A stretch of DNA of 64,000 nt from Candidatus Nomurabacteria bacterium (GTDB taxonomy: Bacteria; Patescibacteriota; Minisyncoccia; Phycocordibacterales; UBA9973): contig JANPIZ010000004.1 in NCBI GenBank assembly GCA_031425235.1, forward strand, positions 62-64,061. Reading direction: 5' to 3'. The position numbers and the translations under genes were made by a program. The notes beneath the pieces were generated by a model. It saw only the letters and a list, made by a program, of their open reading frames with translations, had not been told where the DNA came from and ran no database searches. Positions 49,792 to 60,740 of this stretch are shown here, in pieces (position 1 is the stretch's first letter; each line of letters begins with the position of its first letter).

Positions 49792-50235
49792 TTAATTACT
49801 AGGACGCTGAGTCATCATATAATTTAACTGTTCTATTTCTAATCTTTGTTCAGGGGTAAGCTTTGTAGATCCTATATGGATACTGTCACGAAAAACTAAA
49901 AATAATGAAATGAGCGCTATCAAAACTATTATTGCAAAAAGCACATACTCTGCGTGCTTATCCTCTTTGATAATACCACCTGAATAATTCTTTACCATTG
50001 TTATTATTTTAGGAGTGTCGGATTGTTTAACATACTTAAAACCTGCATAACTATCAGTTTCGAAGCTAATACCTGCTACTTCTTTTTTTTGTGTAGTCTG
50101 AGTTTGAGTTGGTACGCTAGCTGCTGCAGTGTTTGATTGTGCTGGGACAGCATCAGAACTTGCCTCAAATTCACTTAAGGCATTTTGGATGTCTGCATTA
50201 CCTTTATTTTTTAACTCATCATCCATATCATACAT
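49792..50235 (-). CDS. Hypothetical single-TM protein (paralog of 47765-48160)
   Basis: IITMVKNYSGGIIKEDKHAEYVLFAIIVLIALISLFLVF parallels the 47765-48160 protein. Confidence 0.4.
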   Translation of the reverse strand: MYDMDDELKNKGNADIQNALSEFEASSDAVPAQSNTAAASVPTQTQTTQKKEVAGISFETDSYAGFKYVKQSDTPKIITMVKNYSGGIIKEDKHAEYVLFAIIVLIALISLFLVFRDSIHIGSTKLTPEQRLEIEQLNYMMTQRPSN

Positions 50236-50323
50236 TATGAATAACTTTTCATAAAAAAGAAACCCTTAGGTGTGTATAAAGATTTCTCGAGGAAGTAAGT
50301 AGTATATTGTTAAGCTATTTTTA

Positions 50324-50875
50324 CTAAGCTTTCTTAAATGGAATACCGAGAAGACTGAAAAATTCTAGACCTTCTTTTTTGCTTTTAGCTGAAGACACAA
50401 TGGTGATAGAGAGGCCAAATACATCGCGTATGTCTTCATCGGCTGTTTCAGGGAATATGGTGTGTTCTTTTATACCCATAGTCATGTTACCTATGCTGTC
50501 GACAGCTGTGCGAGAAATACCTCGAAAGTCTTTGGTACGAGGAAGGGCTACATTTATGAGTTTATCTAAAAAGGCATACATTCTCTTTCCGCGGAGCGTA
50601 ACAACGATACCGATAGGGTCACCTTGGCGGATTTTGAAAGACGCAATTGACTTCTTTGCACCTTTTTTAAATGGTTGCTGCCCAGTGATTTTAGCGATAC
50701 GAAGTGAAATGGCATCGTTTTTGTTTTTATCTTTCTTTATTGCGGTACCGGTACCTACGTTGATCACCAACTTTTTAAGTCGTGGCGCAGCCATAGCATT
50801 TTTATAATGAAATTCATTTTTCATTTTTTCGAATACTTCTCCTTGTTTTTCTTTTACTGTTACTATTTTTGTCAT
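50324..50875 (-). CDS. rplE: 50S ribosomal protein L5
   Basis: 183 aa; RLKKLVINVGTG...conserved L5. Confidence 0.9.
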   Translation of the reverse strand: MTKIVTVKEKQGEVFEKMKNEFHYKNAMAAPRLKKLVINVGTGTAIKKDKNKNDAISLRIAKITGQQPFKKGAKKSIASFKIRQGDPIGIVVTLRGKRMYAFLDKLINVALPRTKDFRGISRTAVDSIGNMTMGIKEHTIFPETADEDIRDVFGLSITIVSSAKSKKEGLEFFSLLGIPFKKA

Positions 50876-50895
50876 ATGTGTATTTAAATTTCTTA

Positions 50896-51237
50896 CTATA
50901 TTTCTTGATTGCTCTTTCGGGAAATTCGCACCATTTTGTCACCCACTTTCTTTTTACCAATCCGTGTTGCTTTGCCGCTTTTTGGATCGACAAGCATCAC
51001 ATTTGAAGCGTGTATTGGCATTTCTTTATCACGCATTCCTCCTTTCTCACCAGCTCTTCGAGGGCGTTGATGCTTCTTCATCATGTTTGCGCCTTCAACG
51101 ATAACTTTGTTCGCAGCTACGAGCACGCGGACAATCTTACCTTTTTTGCCTTTATCTTTACCTGTTGTGATTATTATACTGTCGCCTTTTTTTAATTTCA
51201 TTTTTTTATTATTTACTCCCCAGGCAAGACCTAACAT
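50896..51237 (-). CDS. rplX: 50S ribosomal protein L24 (start probably at the internal MKLKKGD)
   Basis: KOW motif MKLKKGDSIIITTGKDKGKKGKIVRV. Confidence 0.85.
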   Translation of the reverse strand: MLGLAWGVNNKKMKLKKGDSIIITTGKDKGKKGKIVRVLVAANKVIVEGANMMKKHQRPRRAGEKGGMRDKEMPIHASNVMLVDPKSGKATRIGKKKVGDKMVRISRKSNQEI

Positions 51238-51260
51238 GTTAGGTCTTGCCTGGGGACTTA

Positions 51261-51632
51261 CTAAATCACCTCAGGTGCAAGAGAAATTATTTTTTGGAAA
51301 CCTTTCTCCGCGAGTTCGCGTGGGATCGGACCGAATACGCGACCTGCCTTTGGATCCTTCTTGCCTTTTTCGAGTAATACTACCGCGTTGTCGTCAAAAC
51401 GAATATACGAGCCATCTTTACGACGATGCGCTCCGCGCGTTCGCACAACCACTGCTTGGTATACATCTTTCTTCTTTACTGTTTTTCGAGGAGTAGCTAC
51501 TTTTACAGAAACGATGACAAGCTCACCGAGAGTTGCATACCTCTTTTTTGAAGAGCCTAAAATCTTGAACACCTTCCCTACGGTGCCTCCGCCATTGTCT
51601 GTTATTTTTACTAATGTTTCATTTTGTATCAT
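51261..51632 (-). CDS. rplN: 50S ribosomal protein L14
   Basis: MIQNETLVKITDNGGGTVGKVFKILGSSKKRYATLGELVIVSVK. Confidence 0.9.
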   Translation of the reverse strand: MIQNETLVKITDNGGGTVGKVFKILGSSKKRYATLGELVIVSVKVATPRKTVKKKDVYQAVVVRTRGAHRRKDGSYIRFDDNAVVLLEKGKKDPKAGRVFGPIPRELAEKGFQKIISLAPEVI

Positions 51633-51666
51633 ACCTGTCCGCCTCTGGCGGGAAATTTACTTATAA

Positions 51667-51933
51667 TTATTTACTGACTACTTTAAATCTTTTATCTTTT
51701 GAAATTGGTCGAACTTCTACCATCTCTACCGTGTCACCTTTCTTGGACCTGTTTTCTTCATCATGAGCTTTATATTTCTTGCTCACTTTGTAAAACTTGC
51801 CATAGAGTGGGTGTTTAATAAATCGAGAGACAGACACAACAACTGTTTTATCCATTTTGTCGCTCACCACAACACCTTTTAGGATATTTCCTTTTTTAGC
51901 CGTGGTATTTTTTTTTGTTGCTTTTGTTTTCAT
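51667..51933 (-). CDS. rpsQ: 30S ribosomal protein S17
   Basis: 88 aa; [20 protein letters not shown]-fold S17. Confidence 0.85.
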   Translation of the reverse strand: MKTKATKKNTTAKKGNILKGVVVSDKMDKTVVVSVSRFIKHPLYGKFYKVSKKYKAHDEENRSKKGDTVEMVEVRPISKDKRFKVVSK

Positions 51934-51943
51934 ATGTAAATGT

Positions 51944-52138
51944 TTATGCTTTTACTTCACGTAATGAGGTCATGATTTGAGCTATCTGCTTTTTCAGTAC
52001 TGCTGATTCTTTGACATTTTTTGACTTAGAACCTTCAGCTTTGAAGCGAATCGTGCGTAATGTTTCTGACAATTCTCCAAGCTTTTTCTTAAGTTCATCA
52101 TGTGTCATATCTTTAAAATTGTTTTTTTTCTTTGCCAT
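51944..52138 (-). CDS. rpmC: 50S ribosomal protein L29
   Basis: 64 aa helical, [23 protein letters not shown]. Confidence 0.8.
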   Translation of the reverse strand: MAKKKNNFKDMTHDELKKKLGELSETLRTIRFKAEGSKSKNVKESAVLKKQIAQIMTSLREVKA

Positions 52139-52142
52139 ATGA

Positions 52143-52571
52143 TTATTTTGTGTTTACTCGGGCTACGATTCTAGTTTTTATTGGAAGCTTGCTACCTGCT
52201 TTACGAAGAGCTTCACGAGCAACTGCTACAGGCACACCATCCACTTCGAAAATAATACGTCCCGGCAATACGTCGAAACAATATCCTTGTGGATCACCCT
52301 TTCCCTTTCCCATTCCCACTTCGGCTGCTTTTGCTGTAAAAGGTCGGTCAGGGAAAATACGAATCCAGTATTTACCCGCCTTGGTAAGCGTACGAGAAAC
52401 AACTTTTCGAGCCGCTTCGATTTGCTTTGACTTCACTCGAGCTTGGCTTTCAGATTTGAGTCCAAATGCCCCGAACGCAAGCTTTGTGCCTCGTGTTTCT
52501 GGTGAGATCGCTTTTTTATTCTTGCGTCCCGTTTGCCATTTTCTAAATTTTACTTTTTTTGGTAATAACAT
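52143..52571 (-). CDS. rplP: 50S ribosomal protein L16
   Basis: MLLPKKVKFRKWQTGRKNKKAISPETRGTKLAFGAFGLK. Confidence 0.9.
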   Translation of the reverse strand: MLLPKKVKFRKWQTGRKNKKAISPETRGTKLAFGAFGLKSESQARVKSKQIEAARKVVSRTLTKAGKYWIRIFPDRPFTAKAAEVGMGKGKGDPQGYCFDVLPGRIIFEVDGVPVAVAREALRKAGSKLPIKTRIVARVNTK

Positions 52572-52583
52572 AAAATATTTTAA

Positions 52584-53279
52584 TTAATTCGTATCTGTTT
52601 CCCTGGTTTCTCTTGCGTTTTGTTTTTTGGAAAAAATCTTACCTCTGTAAATCCATACCTTTATACCTATTACTCCGTAGGCAAGTGTTGCCCGTTCTCG
52701 CTTGAAATCAATGTCCGCGCGGAAAGTCTGAAGCGGGATACTGCCACGCTTAAGATCTTCCGTACGAGCAATTTCAGCTCCACCGAGTCGTCCACCGAGC
52801 ACGATACGTGCTCCTTCGACACCACGCACAGCCATAACTTTTTCGATGATTGTTTTGATCACGCGTCGATACGGCATTCGCTTTTCGAGACCTTCGGCTA
52901 CCATATAGGCTACGATCGCCGCATCTGCTTCTGGGTTTGTTATTTCTACAACTTCGAGCTTGAAGTCTTCGGGGCGAGGAAGTCCGAGTTTATCCATTTT
53001 CTTCAAAATATCTTCTTTAAGTTTTGTCGCACCTTCACCATTTCTACCGATGAGTATTCCGGGGCGAGATGTTTTGATTATAAAACGAGTTGCTTTTCGG
53101 CTGCGTTCTATTTCGATGCTTGATATATACATACCACGGAGCTTTTTTTCCAGCCATTGACGCACCAATACATCCCCTTTTAAATACGCTACATATTTTT
53201 TAGGGTCAGCAAACCAGCGAGATTTCCAATCTCGTAATATTACTAACCTATGTGCATATGGATGGACTATTTTACTCAT
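52584..53279 (-). CDS. rpsC: 30S ribosomal protein S3
   Basis: 231 aa, KH domain, MSKIVHPYAHRL. Confidence 0.9.
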   Translation of the reverse strand: MSKIVHPYAHRLVILRDWKSRWFADPKKYVAYLKGDVLVRQWLEKKLRGMYISSIEIERSRKATRFIIKTSRPGILIGRNGEGATKLKEDILKKMDKLGLPRPEDFKLEVVEITNPEADAAIVAYMVAEGLEKRMPYRRVIKTIIEKVMAVRGVEGARIVLGGRLGGAEIARTEDLKRGSIPLQTFRADIDFKRERATLAYGVIGIKVWIYRGKIFSKKQNARETRETDTN

Positions 53280-53283
53280 AAAA

Positions 53284-53685
53284 TTATTTTGCTGTTGTTT
53301 TTTTTACAGTTTTCGCTGCTTTAGTTTTGGTTTTTAATGCTTTTTCTTTTGGTGCTTTCACTATCTTTTCTCCAAGTATCATCATGATGTGGCTTGTTCG
53401 TTTATTGATGCGATGTCCTGTACCCATGGCTGCTGGCATCATACGTTTCAAAGTAACACCTTTGTCTACTTGCAATCCTTTGATTATTAGATCATCTACT
53501 TCCTTGCCCATACCTTTAGCGTTCGCTACGGCTGACATCAAAAGTTTTTTCATGGGAGCTCCTGCACGCTTCGCCAAGAAATCAAGCTCAGCGATAGCAT
53601 CATTCACTTTTTTTCCTCGAATGAGTCCTGCAACAAGGCGAACTTTTCGTGGTGATTGTCTGTAATTTTTTAAATAAGCTTTCAT
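53284..53685 (-). CDS. rplV: 50S ribosomal protein L22
   Basis: MKAYLKNYRQSPRKVRLVAGLIRGKKVNDAIAELDF. Confidence 0.9.
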   Translation of the reverse strand: MKAYLKNYRQSPRKVRLVAGLIRGKKVNDAIAELDFLAKRAGAPMKKLLMSAVANAKGMGKEVDDLIIKGLQVDKGVTLKRMMPAAMGTGHRINKRTSHIMMILGEKIVKAPKEKALKTKTKAAKTVKKTTAK

Positions 53686-53697
53686 GATGTTATATTA

Positions 53698-54045
53698 TTA
53701 TTTCTTCTTTGCGTCCCCTGCAGTCGCTGTGGCAGCTTTTGCGGCGTCTATTTCAGACTGCTTCTTCTTCGCTTCAAGTTCTTTCTGCATCTTTCCTCCG
53801 TGTTTCCTAAATGTTTTTGTTTCCGCGAATTCACCAAGTCTGTGACCCACCATGTCTTCAGTAACTAATACATCAATATGTTTCTTTCCGTTGTGTACGC
53901 CAAACGTAAAGCCGAGCATCTCAGGTGAAATAACTGAAGCTCGTTTCCATGTCTTGATGGTTGGAGTGTTCAACGGGTTTTTGCCAGCTATCTTTGTAAG
54001 TAGCTTTGGGTCCACATATACACCTTTTTTGATTGATCGTGTCAT
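53698..54045 (-). CDS. rpsS: 30S ribosomal protein S19
   Basis: [19 protein letters not shown]...[16 protein letters not shown]. Confidence 0.9.
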   Translation of the reverse strand: MTRSIKKGVYVDPKLLTKIAGKNPLNTPTIKTWKRASVISPEMLGFTFGVHNGKKHIDVLVTEDMVGHRLGEFAETKTFRKHGGKMQKELEAKKKQSEIDAAKAATATAGDAKKK

Positions 54046-54346
54046 TTAATTTAGCATTAAAAAAGCTCTTCACGAGCTTGTGCTTATATTAACAAATTGG
54101 GGCGAAATGTCAAATAAAATAAGGTGGACTCAGAGTTGGTTGAAAATCAACTCTGAGTCCTTGTTTTTATTAATCGTCAAATATATACTTGTCGGCTAAA
54201 TCGCCGAGTTTTCCGCAAATATCCAGACATCCGAATACATTTTTAAGAATAGATATTGCATTTTCCTATCACCTCCCAGGGCATCATACAACAGAACAAT
54301 TAAAAAAACCAGTAATTTTTTACTGGTTTTTAAAATTTTCAAATAC

Positions 54347-54460
54347 ACTGTTCTGGCACCTACCTACTTTCCCCTATATGAGTATCATCGGCACTAACGG
54401 GCTTAATTGCTCTGTTCGGAATGGGAAGAGATGTGACTCCGCCGTTTAAGCACCAGAACA
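54347..54460 (-). rRNA. rrf: 5S rRNA
   Basis: Minus-strand sense reads ...CTTAAACGGCGGAGTCACATCTCTTCCCATTCCGAACAGAGCAATTAAGCCCGTTAGTGCCGATGATACT...GGGAAAGTAGGTAGGTGCCAGAAC, the canonical 5S core (CCGAAC, GTGCCGATGGTACT-like, GGGAA). Confidence 0.85.
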
Positions 54461-54658
54461 CTATATTCGAAACTTTATCAAATAAAATGCTTTAAGTTGG
54501 GGGTAACCTTATGCAATGTGCAAGGGTTACCCAAAGATATGTTGGGTGCGGAGCGTGCTAGATTTATCTATGTTAAGGTAAAGTTATAAACTATAACCAC
54601 CCACGGTCTTTCCCGCATCGAACCAGCAACCCAACTTAAAACATTTTATTTTTTGGTC

Positions 54659-54791
54659 CCCCACACCTACTTTGCTATCGTTCTGTTTTTCAAAACAAAA
54701 CTGTCTATCACTTTAATATTCTTACCTTAAATTTACCTTACAAGATAAAATAAAATCAGAACATAAAAACAATAGCAAAGTAGGTGTGGGG
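54659..54791. repeat. Long hairpin in the 23S-5S spacer: ~28-bp arms (cccccacacctactttgctatcgttctg / cagaac...atagcaaagtaggtgtggggg) around a ~65-nt AT-rich loop
   Basis: Arms are reverse complements apart from a 9-nt insertion in one arm; read directly. Confidence 0.7.
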
Positions 54792-55036
54792 GTGTGATTT
54801 CCAAATTTCTTAACAGGAATCGAAACATTAGTACTTCTCAGCTCAACGTATTGCTACGCTTACACTTAAAGCCTATCAACCTGATCATCTCTCAGGGTTC
54901 TTAACGATTCCTAATCTTGAAGCTGGCTTCCCTCTTAGATGCTTTCAGAGGTTATCCATTCCCGACATAGCTACCGAGCAGTGCCCTTGGCAGGACAGCT
55001 CGTACACCAGAGGTCAGTTCACCCCGGTCCTCTCGT

Positions 55037-55889
55037 CACATAACTCCCCTATTTCTAGGAGTGCAGACTATATCTTCATCCGTCTTCATTTTCATAAAGC
55101 GAGGATGTTGGCGTATTACAAGCATAAGCCTGTTTCTCAAAAAATTGAAAGAAACTTTCGAGCGTTATGCAAGTCCGTTCTCCGACCCATGCCGGAGAAA
55201 CAAGTCGTTACGGGGTCAAACCTAAAATTTTATACAATTCACTTTTTGTTTTCTTCTTTTTAGTAGTATAGTTTTCACTTTGTATTACTAAAATTAAGTC
55301 CACAAGTTTTGTTAATTGTTTTTTACTTAGCTTACTAAATTTTGTTTCAGACAATATTTCACAAGCTTTTAAAAGAGCTTGTGTTTGAAGTTTTTTGAAA
55401 CGAATATATGGTGTCAAACTTTTAAGAATATTTCTTATTTGTTCGTAGCCATTTATTCTAAGTTCGGTCATTCCATCATTTCTATTGGAAATATAACCAA
55501 TACACAAAACCTCTTTTATCCAAGATAAAGTTTTTTTATGTCTGGTATCTTGATAAAAACAAATGGTTGCCATGAAACGAATTGCTCGTTTACTATCACT
55601 TCGCTTTTTAAGCTGAAGCATTAGGCTTCCATCGCCATCAAGAAATCCAGCAATGTATGCTAATTGAATTATTTTAGATCGACTTCCCACGGTATTATCT
55701 TAACATTTTCTGGTCCTCAAGTAAAATCCTGTAGTGAGCTATGCTCTACTACTGGGATAAATTCTCAGCACATGAACAGGACCGTTCATTATGTGCATGC
55801 TAAATTGGATAGAAAATGATGAAGACTTCACCGTTATTAGCCACTTTTTCATCACACATCTCTGCGTGAAGTAGCAGGCCCATACGGGC
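55037..55889 (-). mobile_element. Group I-type intron (853 nt) in 23S rRNA, inserted between CCTAGT and ACGAGAGGACC (immediately 5' of the sarcin-ricin loop); carries a LAGLIDADG ORF
   Basis: The flanking exon sequence reconstitutes the conserved GCCCCTAGT|ACGAGAGGACCGG. The 5' exon ends in U and the insert ends in G (group I rule). Confidence 0.7.
55208..55690 (-). CDS. LAGLIDADG homing endonuclease (single-motif, 160 aa) encoded within the 23S intron
   Basis: LAYIAGFLDGDGSL dodecapeptide motif; I-CreI-like size. Confidence 0.8.
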   Translation of the reverse strand: MGSRSKIIQLAYIAGFLDGDGSLMLQLKKRSDSKRAIRFMATICFYQDTRHKKTLSWIKEVLCIGYISNRNDGMTELRINGYEQIRNILKSLTPYIRFKKLQTQALLKACEILSETKFSKLSKKQLTKLVDLILVIQSENYTTKKKKTKSELYKILGLTP

Positions 55890-55953
55890 TACTAGGGGCA
55901 AATCTTCTCAAGAATCAACGAGTGCAGTAGATAGGAGACCAACCTGTCTCACG

Positions 55954-56265
55954 CATCTACATCCCAAATTACTTTGGGGATTGGACTATAGCTTCATCCT
56001 AAAATAAATTTAGGATTGCTGACGTTTAGTCTCTACGGGCTACTTTAGTTTAGTAAAGTATTCCCTCGGTATTGTCCTTGCTTTCGCATTCGGATTCCAC
56101 CGATACAAGTCAGCTTGTTACTATGCATTTCTACATAGCACCGCCGTGATGAACATTTAAGTTCATGGTTGTTTCAGTTTTAAATAACAGTTCAAGTTCA
56201 TTTTTCAACTTTCTTCCTCTGAGGGTTCAGACTATTAAAATCACAAATTTAAATTTATGACCTTA
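55954..56265 (-). mobile_element. Group I-type insertion (312 nt, no ORF) in 23S rRNA at the I-CreI homing site (GGGTTCAGACCGT | CGTGAGACAGG; E. coli ~2593)
   Basis: Exons flank the insert exactly at the conserved GTCGTGAGACAG target; the 5' exon ends in U and the insert ends in G. Confidence 0.65.
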
Positions 56266-56928
56266 ACGGTCTGAACCCAGCTCGCGTACCTTTTTAATTG
56301 GCGAACAGCCAAACGCTTGGTAGCTTCTCCGCCACCGCGCTAAGGTGAGCCGACATCGAGGTGCCGAACTCCGCCGTCGATATGAACTCTTGGGCGGAAC
56401 TAGCCTGTTATCCCTAGAGTAGCTTTTATCCGTTAATCTTCCATCGCGTCTAATACGAATGGTCGGTTCACTATATTCTGGTTTCCCACCTGCTCGAGAT
56501 GTACCTCTTACAGTCAAGCAATCTTGTGCTATTACACTATCGGCACGGTTTCCATTCGCGCCTAGATTACCTTTAAACCCCTCCTTTACTTTTTAGGAGG
56601 GTACAGCCCCAGTAAAACTATCCACCAGATACTGTCTCAATACGTTTTTGCCGTATTGGTTAGAACATGCCCTCAAAAAGAATGGTATTTCACTGACGAG
56701 TAGAGCACAGCCGAAACCGTACACATCAAACCTCTCCCATCTATGCTACGCAGTCTAAAAACATGCTCAATATCAAGTTATAGTAAAGCTTCTAGGGTCT
56801 TTTCGTCTAACTGCACTTAACCGGCATCTTCACCGGTATTGTATTTTCACCGAGCTGGTCCCCGAGACAGTTCTCCAGTCATTACACCATTCGTGCGCGT
56901 CGGAACTTACCCGACAAGGTATTTCGCT

Positions 56929-57135
56929 CTTCTATACCTAAGAAGGACTCTATCTTCATCCGCTCTTTCGAGGTGGGATGCTTGACGCTGGTCTCTCGTT
57001 AGCCAAGTTTTGACTGTCTGTACATTACTGCACAGCAGGTAGCATTCGAATAGTCTAATAATTTTTTAATTTAATTGTTTACTTTTTTCTACAACAGTCC
57101 CAGTCATTCCGCACTCGACTTGCGTCGAATGCAGA
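56929..57135 (-). mobile_element. Short group I-like insertion (207 nt, no ORF) in 23S rRNA at the I-CeuI-type site (CGGTCCTAAGGT | AGCGAAAT; E. coli ~1931)
   Basis: The conserved TAACTATAACGGTCCTAAGGTAGCGAAAT is split by the insert; the 5' exon ends in U and the insert ends in G. 207 nt is small for group I, so the class is uncertain. Confidence 0.55.
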
Positions 57136-57170
<35 letters not shown>

Positions 57171-58598
57171 CAGGGCTTATATCAATCACCATATAATATT
57201 GCTATTAGACAACGTCGATATTTGACCTTCTGGCATTGGTCAGGTGTCACCCCCTATACATCCTCTTGCGAGTTCGCAGGGAGCTGTGTTTTTGGTAAAC
57301 AGTTGCCAGAGATACTTTCGCTGCGGCCCCTCAATAAAGAGGGGCAAGCCTTATCCCGAAGTTACGGCTGCTTTTTTGCCGAGTTCCTTGGGGACCACTC
57401 ACTCGTTCGTCTTGGTCTACTCGACCTGATCACCTGTGTCGGTTTGCGGTACGGATTCTATACATATAAGTTTAGAGAGTTTTCTTGGAAGCGTGCTTTA
57501 TATTATCACCTAGTCCCGAGAGACTAAATTCTTTACTCCTCTTTCATATGACATGTAAGTCACGCTACGGATTTTCCTATAGCGTACAATTAAGGCATAA
57601 ACTTCAAATCCAATAATGAGCAATACATACTACACTCCGTCATCCCATCACTATATACAGAAGTCAGGGAATATTAACCCTGTGTCCATCGAGTACGGTT
57701 TTCACCATTCCCTTAGGCCCGACTAACCCTTGGCTGATTATCATTACCAAGGAAACCTTGATCTTTCGACGTGATGCGTTCTCAACATCATTGCGGTTAC
57801 TTGTGCCAACATTCTTACTTCCAAACGCTCCAGAAGCTCTCACGAGTCTTCCTTCACAGCAGATTGGAACACTCTCCTACCACTCGTAAAAAAATAAATT
57901 TTTACGAATCCTCAAATTCGGTAATATACTTAGCCCCAATTATTTTCGACGCAAAATCTCTAGATGAGTGAGCTGTTACGCTATCTTTAAAGGATGGCTG
58001 CTTCTAAGCCAACCTCCTCATTGTTTAAGAAACTTCACCTTCTTGTCTTACACTTAGTATATATTTAGGGACCTTATTTTGAGATCTGGGCTGTTTCCCT
58101 TTTCACCAATGGAGCTTCGCCCCCATAGTGTAACTGCCAGGCTATGGTTTCTGGTATTCGGAGTTTGATAGGTTTCGCGAGATTGCTCCCTGTCGAAATC
58201 TTCCAGTGCTCTACCCCCAGAAAAAACACCTGACGCTAGCCCTAAAGCTATTTCGGAGAGAACCAGCTATTACAGGGTTCGATTAGCTTTTCACTCCTTA
58301 CCACAAGTCATCCGAAGACGTTGTACGATCTACCGGTTCGGTCCTCCATTGCGATTTCTCGCAACTTCAACCTGCTCATGGCAAGCTCACCCTGCTTCGG
58401 GTCTTATGCATGCTACCAATTACGCGCTATTAACACTCGGTTTCCCTAGGGCTCTGTGGTTTTAGTCCACTTAGCCAGCAACATGAATAAACTCGTTGGC
58501 TCATTCTTCAATAGGCACGCCGTAGCAGATATAAATACCTGCATCGACTCCTTGTAGACATACGGTTTCAGGTCTATTTCACCGCCCTAATCGGGCTG

Positions 58599-58635
<37 letters not shown>

Positions 58636-59353
58636 ATCTGTAAGAGTATTTAGCCTTAGCGGTTAGTTCCGCTGGATTCCCCCCGGCCATTCATGTCCTG
58701 GGGTACTCAAGAATAACAATAAAAGAGATAAAATATTTTCGTTTACGGGACTATCACCCCCTATGGTGTCGCTTTCCAGCAACTTCAACTAACATTTTAT
58801 TTTTTGACTCTTCTAGAAATCTACATTGTTATCTTACAACCCCGAAGTATTGCTACTTCGGTTTGGGCTTCTTCCTTTTCGCTCGCCGCTACTAAGAAAA
58901 TAACTATTGTTCTCTACTCCTCCTGGTACTGAGATGTTTCACTTCCCAGGGTGTGCTCTTATTATCATAAAGATAAAAGTCATCAAGGTTTACTTGATGG
59001 GGTTTCCCCATTCGGAAATCTCCGGATCAAAGGTTGCTAGGCACCTCCCCGAAGCTTATCGCAGCTTTGCTACGTCCTTCATCGCCTCTTACAGTCTAGG
59101 CATCCACCGTACGCCCTTAAATTTCCTGTTAAGAAATTTGAAAATCACAATTCCACCTTTTCAGTGGAACATTCACCCCGCCTTGGCGGGGTAAGAATCC
59201 TTTTACATAATTATAATTCCCGACCGCTCGGGTAACCATGGAAACGAATTTTTCTCATCTCTAAAAAAGACCCCACCCTGTCACTCGTGAGCGACGGGGT
59301 AAGAAATTAGGATGAGGATTCAATTTTCAAAGTGTCATTCGTACTGATTTTTT

Positions 59354-59375
59354 AACAAAAAAACCGCCTTTCGGG
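59354..59375 (-). terminator. Rho-independent terminator (ccgcccgaaaggcgg + T-run on the minus strand) upstream of the 23S 5' end
   Basis: GC hairpin followed by ttttttt on the minus strand. Confidence 0.65.
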
Positions 59376-59585
59376 CGGATAGCAGACAAAAGAAATTAGT
59401 CTACTCGGACCGCCTTTTTAAACTGTTTCTTAATATATTCATACTGATTAAACGAGTATATACTAAACTAAAAAAGATGTCAAATAATTATATAGTTAAC
59501 TATACAGCCTTATCTCTTAGGAAAATCTTTGGAAGAAAAACTCCTAAAATTAAAATCACTGATAGTGCAATTAAAGTCTTTTTTA

Positions 59586-59834
59586 TCATACTACTTTTTC
59601 TTCTAGAGTTTCAATTCTCTTATCATGATTGCTCATTACGACTTCAGTCAAATCGTCTAGCTTCTGATTTAGCTCGGTAAAACTTTCTCTTGTTTCTGTT
59701 TTGAAAGATTTTATTTCAGACCTAAATCCATCAAAATCAGATTTTAATTCTAAGAAGTCAGATTTTAATTCTGAAAAATCCTTCTTGGTGGCAAGAATAG
59801 AACTTAGTTTTTGAATATCTTTATCATCTAACAT
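59586..59834 (-). CDS. Hypothetical coiled-coil protein
   Basis: 82 aa; heptad-rich, repetitive KSDFxELKSDF. Confidence 0.35.
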   Translation of the reverse strand: MLDDKDIQKLSSILATKKDFSELKSDFLELKSDFDGFRSEIKSFKTETRESFTELNQKLDDLTEVVMSNHDKRIETLEEKVV

Positions 59835-59924
59835 GCTTATATTATATTATATTGCAAAACCTTCTGCAAACAACTAAAAGACCCTATTCCTAGGGTCTTT
59901 TTTAGAACTATTCAAAAGCTGAAC

Positions 59925-60632
59925 TTATCCTCTTTGTGACATTTCTTCACTCACTTTTGAGATCAAGCGAGATGCATGATCTTTACCTCCTAGTCCAAAT
60001 GCGAGGGCTCCTCCAAGGGCAAGCATAGCAATTACTCCAGTGAACAAAACACTCATATAGTATTCAGCTACACCAAGTTGACCAAGAGCAATAATGAAAG
60101 CAAATATCCAGATGATGTATTTAGTTACAACACCGAGCATGTTTGCAGAACTCAAGTTCATAGACTTTGCAGAAGCAACGATAGCTTTTGAAAGAAATTC
60201 AGCAAGAATTGAAGCAATGATCAAAATAAATGCAGCTACAACAACTCGAGGCAAGAATCCGAGCACACTATATTGCAAGAACGCTGATATGTCAGTAAGT
60301 CCTACGAGGTTAAGTGATGGTAGTAGGAACACCACAATCACAAACCACTTTACTACTTGTCCAATAAAATAACCAGTATTCAAAGTCATACCAGCTTGCT
60401 TAAAGAAATCATCAGCTCCGATAGACTTGAAAAAATTGTCGACCTTCAAAGCAGTAAACACTTGCTCGATAGCCTTTGCAATAAGAGTACCCAAAACCCA
60501 ACCAACTACAAAGAATGCAATCGCGATAATAAATTTTGGAGCGAACTGAACCAAGCCCCACCATAAGTCTTGAAGTGATGCATTAAATACTTCACCCCAT
60601 GTAAGCCAAATATTATTCATATGATTTTGCAA
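59925..60632 (-). CDS. Membrane protein with repeated conserved-TM-helix units (MscS-related or CmpX-like)
   Basis: 235 aa, 5-6 TM; repeats resembling the TM_helix repeat (GWVLGTLIAKAIEQVF). Confidence 0.3.
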   Translation of the reverse strand: MQNHMNNIWLTWGEVFNASLQDLWWGLVQFAPKFIIAIAFFVVGWVLGTLIAKAIEQVFTALKVDNFFKSIGADDFFKQAGMTLNTGYFIGQVVKWFVIVVFLLPSLNLVGLTDISAFLQYSVLGFLPRVVVAAFILIIASILAEFLSKAIVASAKSMNLSSANMLGVVTKYIIWIFAFIIALGQLGVAEYYMSVLFTGVIAMLALGGALAFGLGGKDHASRLISKVSEEMSQRG

Positions 60633-60740
60633 ATCACGTCGCGTAAGTCCTTTCGGCGCGACGCTAATTAATTAATAATGCTTTTTAAGTTTCGACCTTA
60701 TAAAAGTCATACATGTATTATATCAATTTTTGAGCCTTTT

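Noticed and set aside
54046-54346. Possible missing rplB fragment between rpsS and the 5S rRNA
   Set aside because: No ORF with L2-like sequence; the region is AT-rich intergenic, with ORF 54189-54449 overlapping the 5S on the opposite strand.
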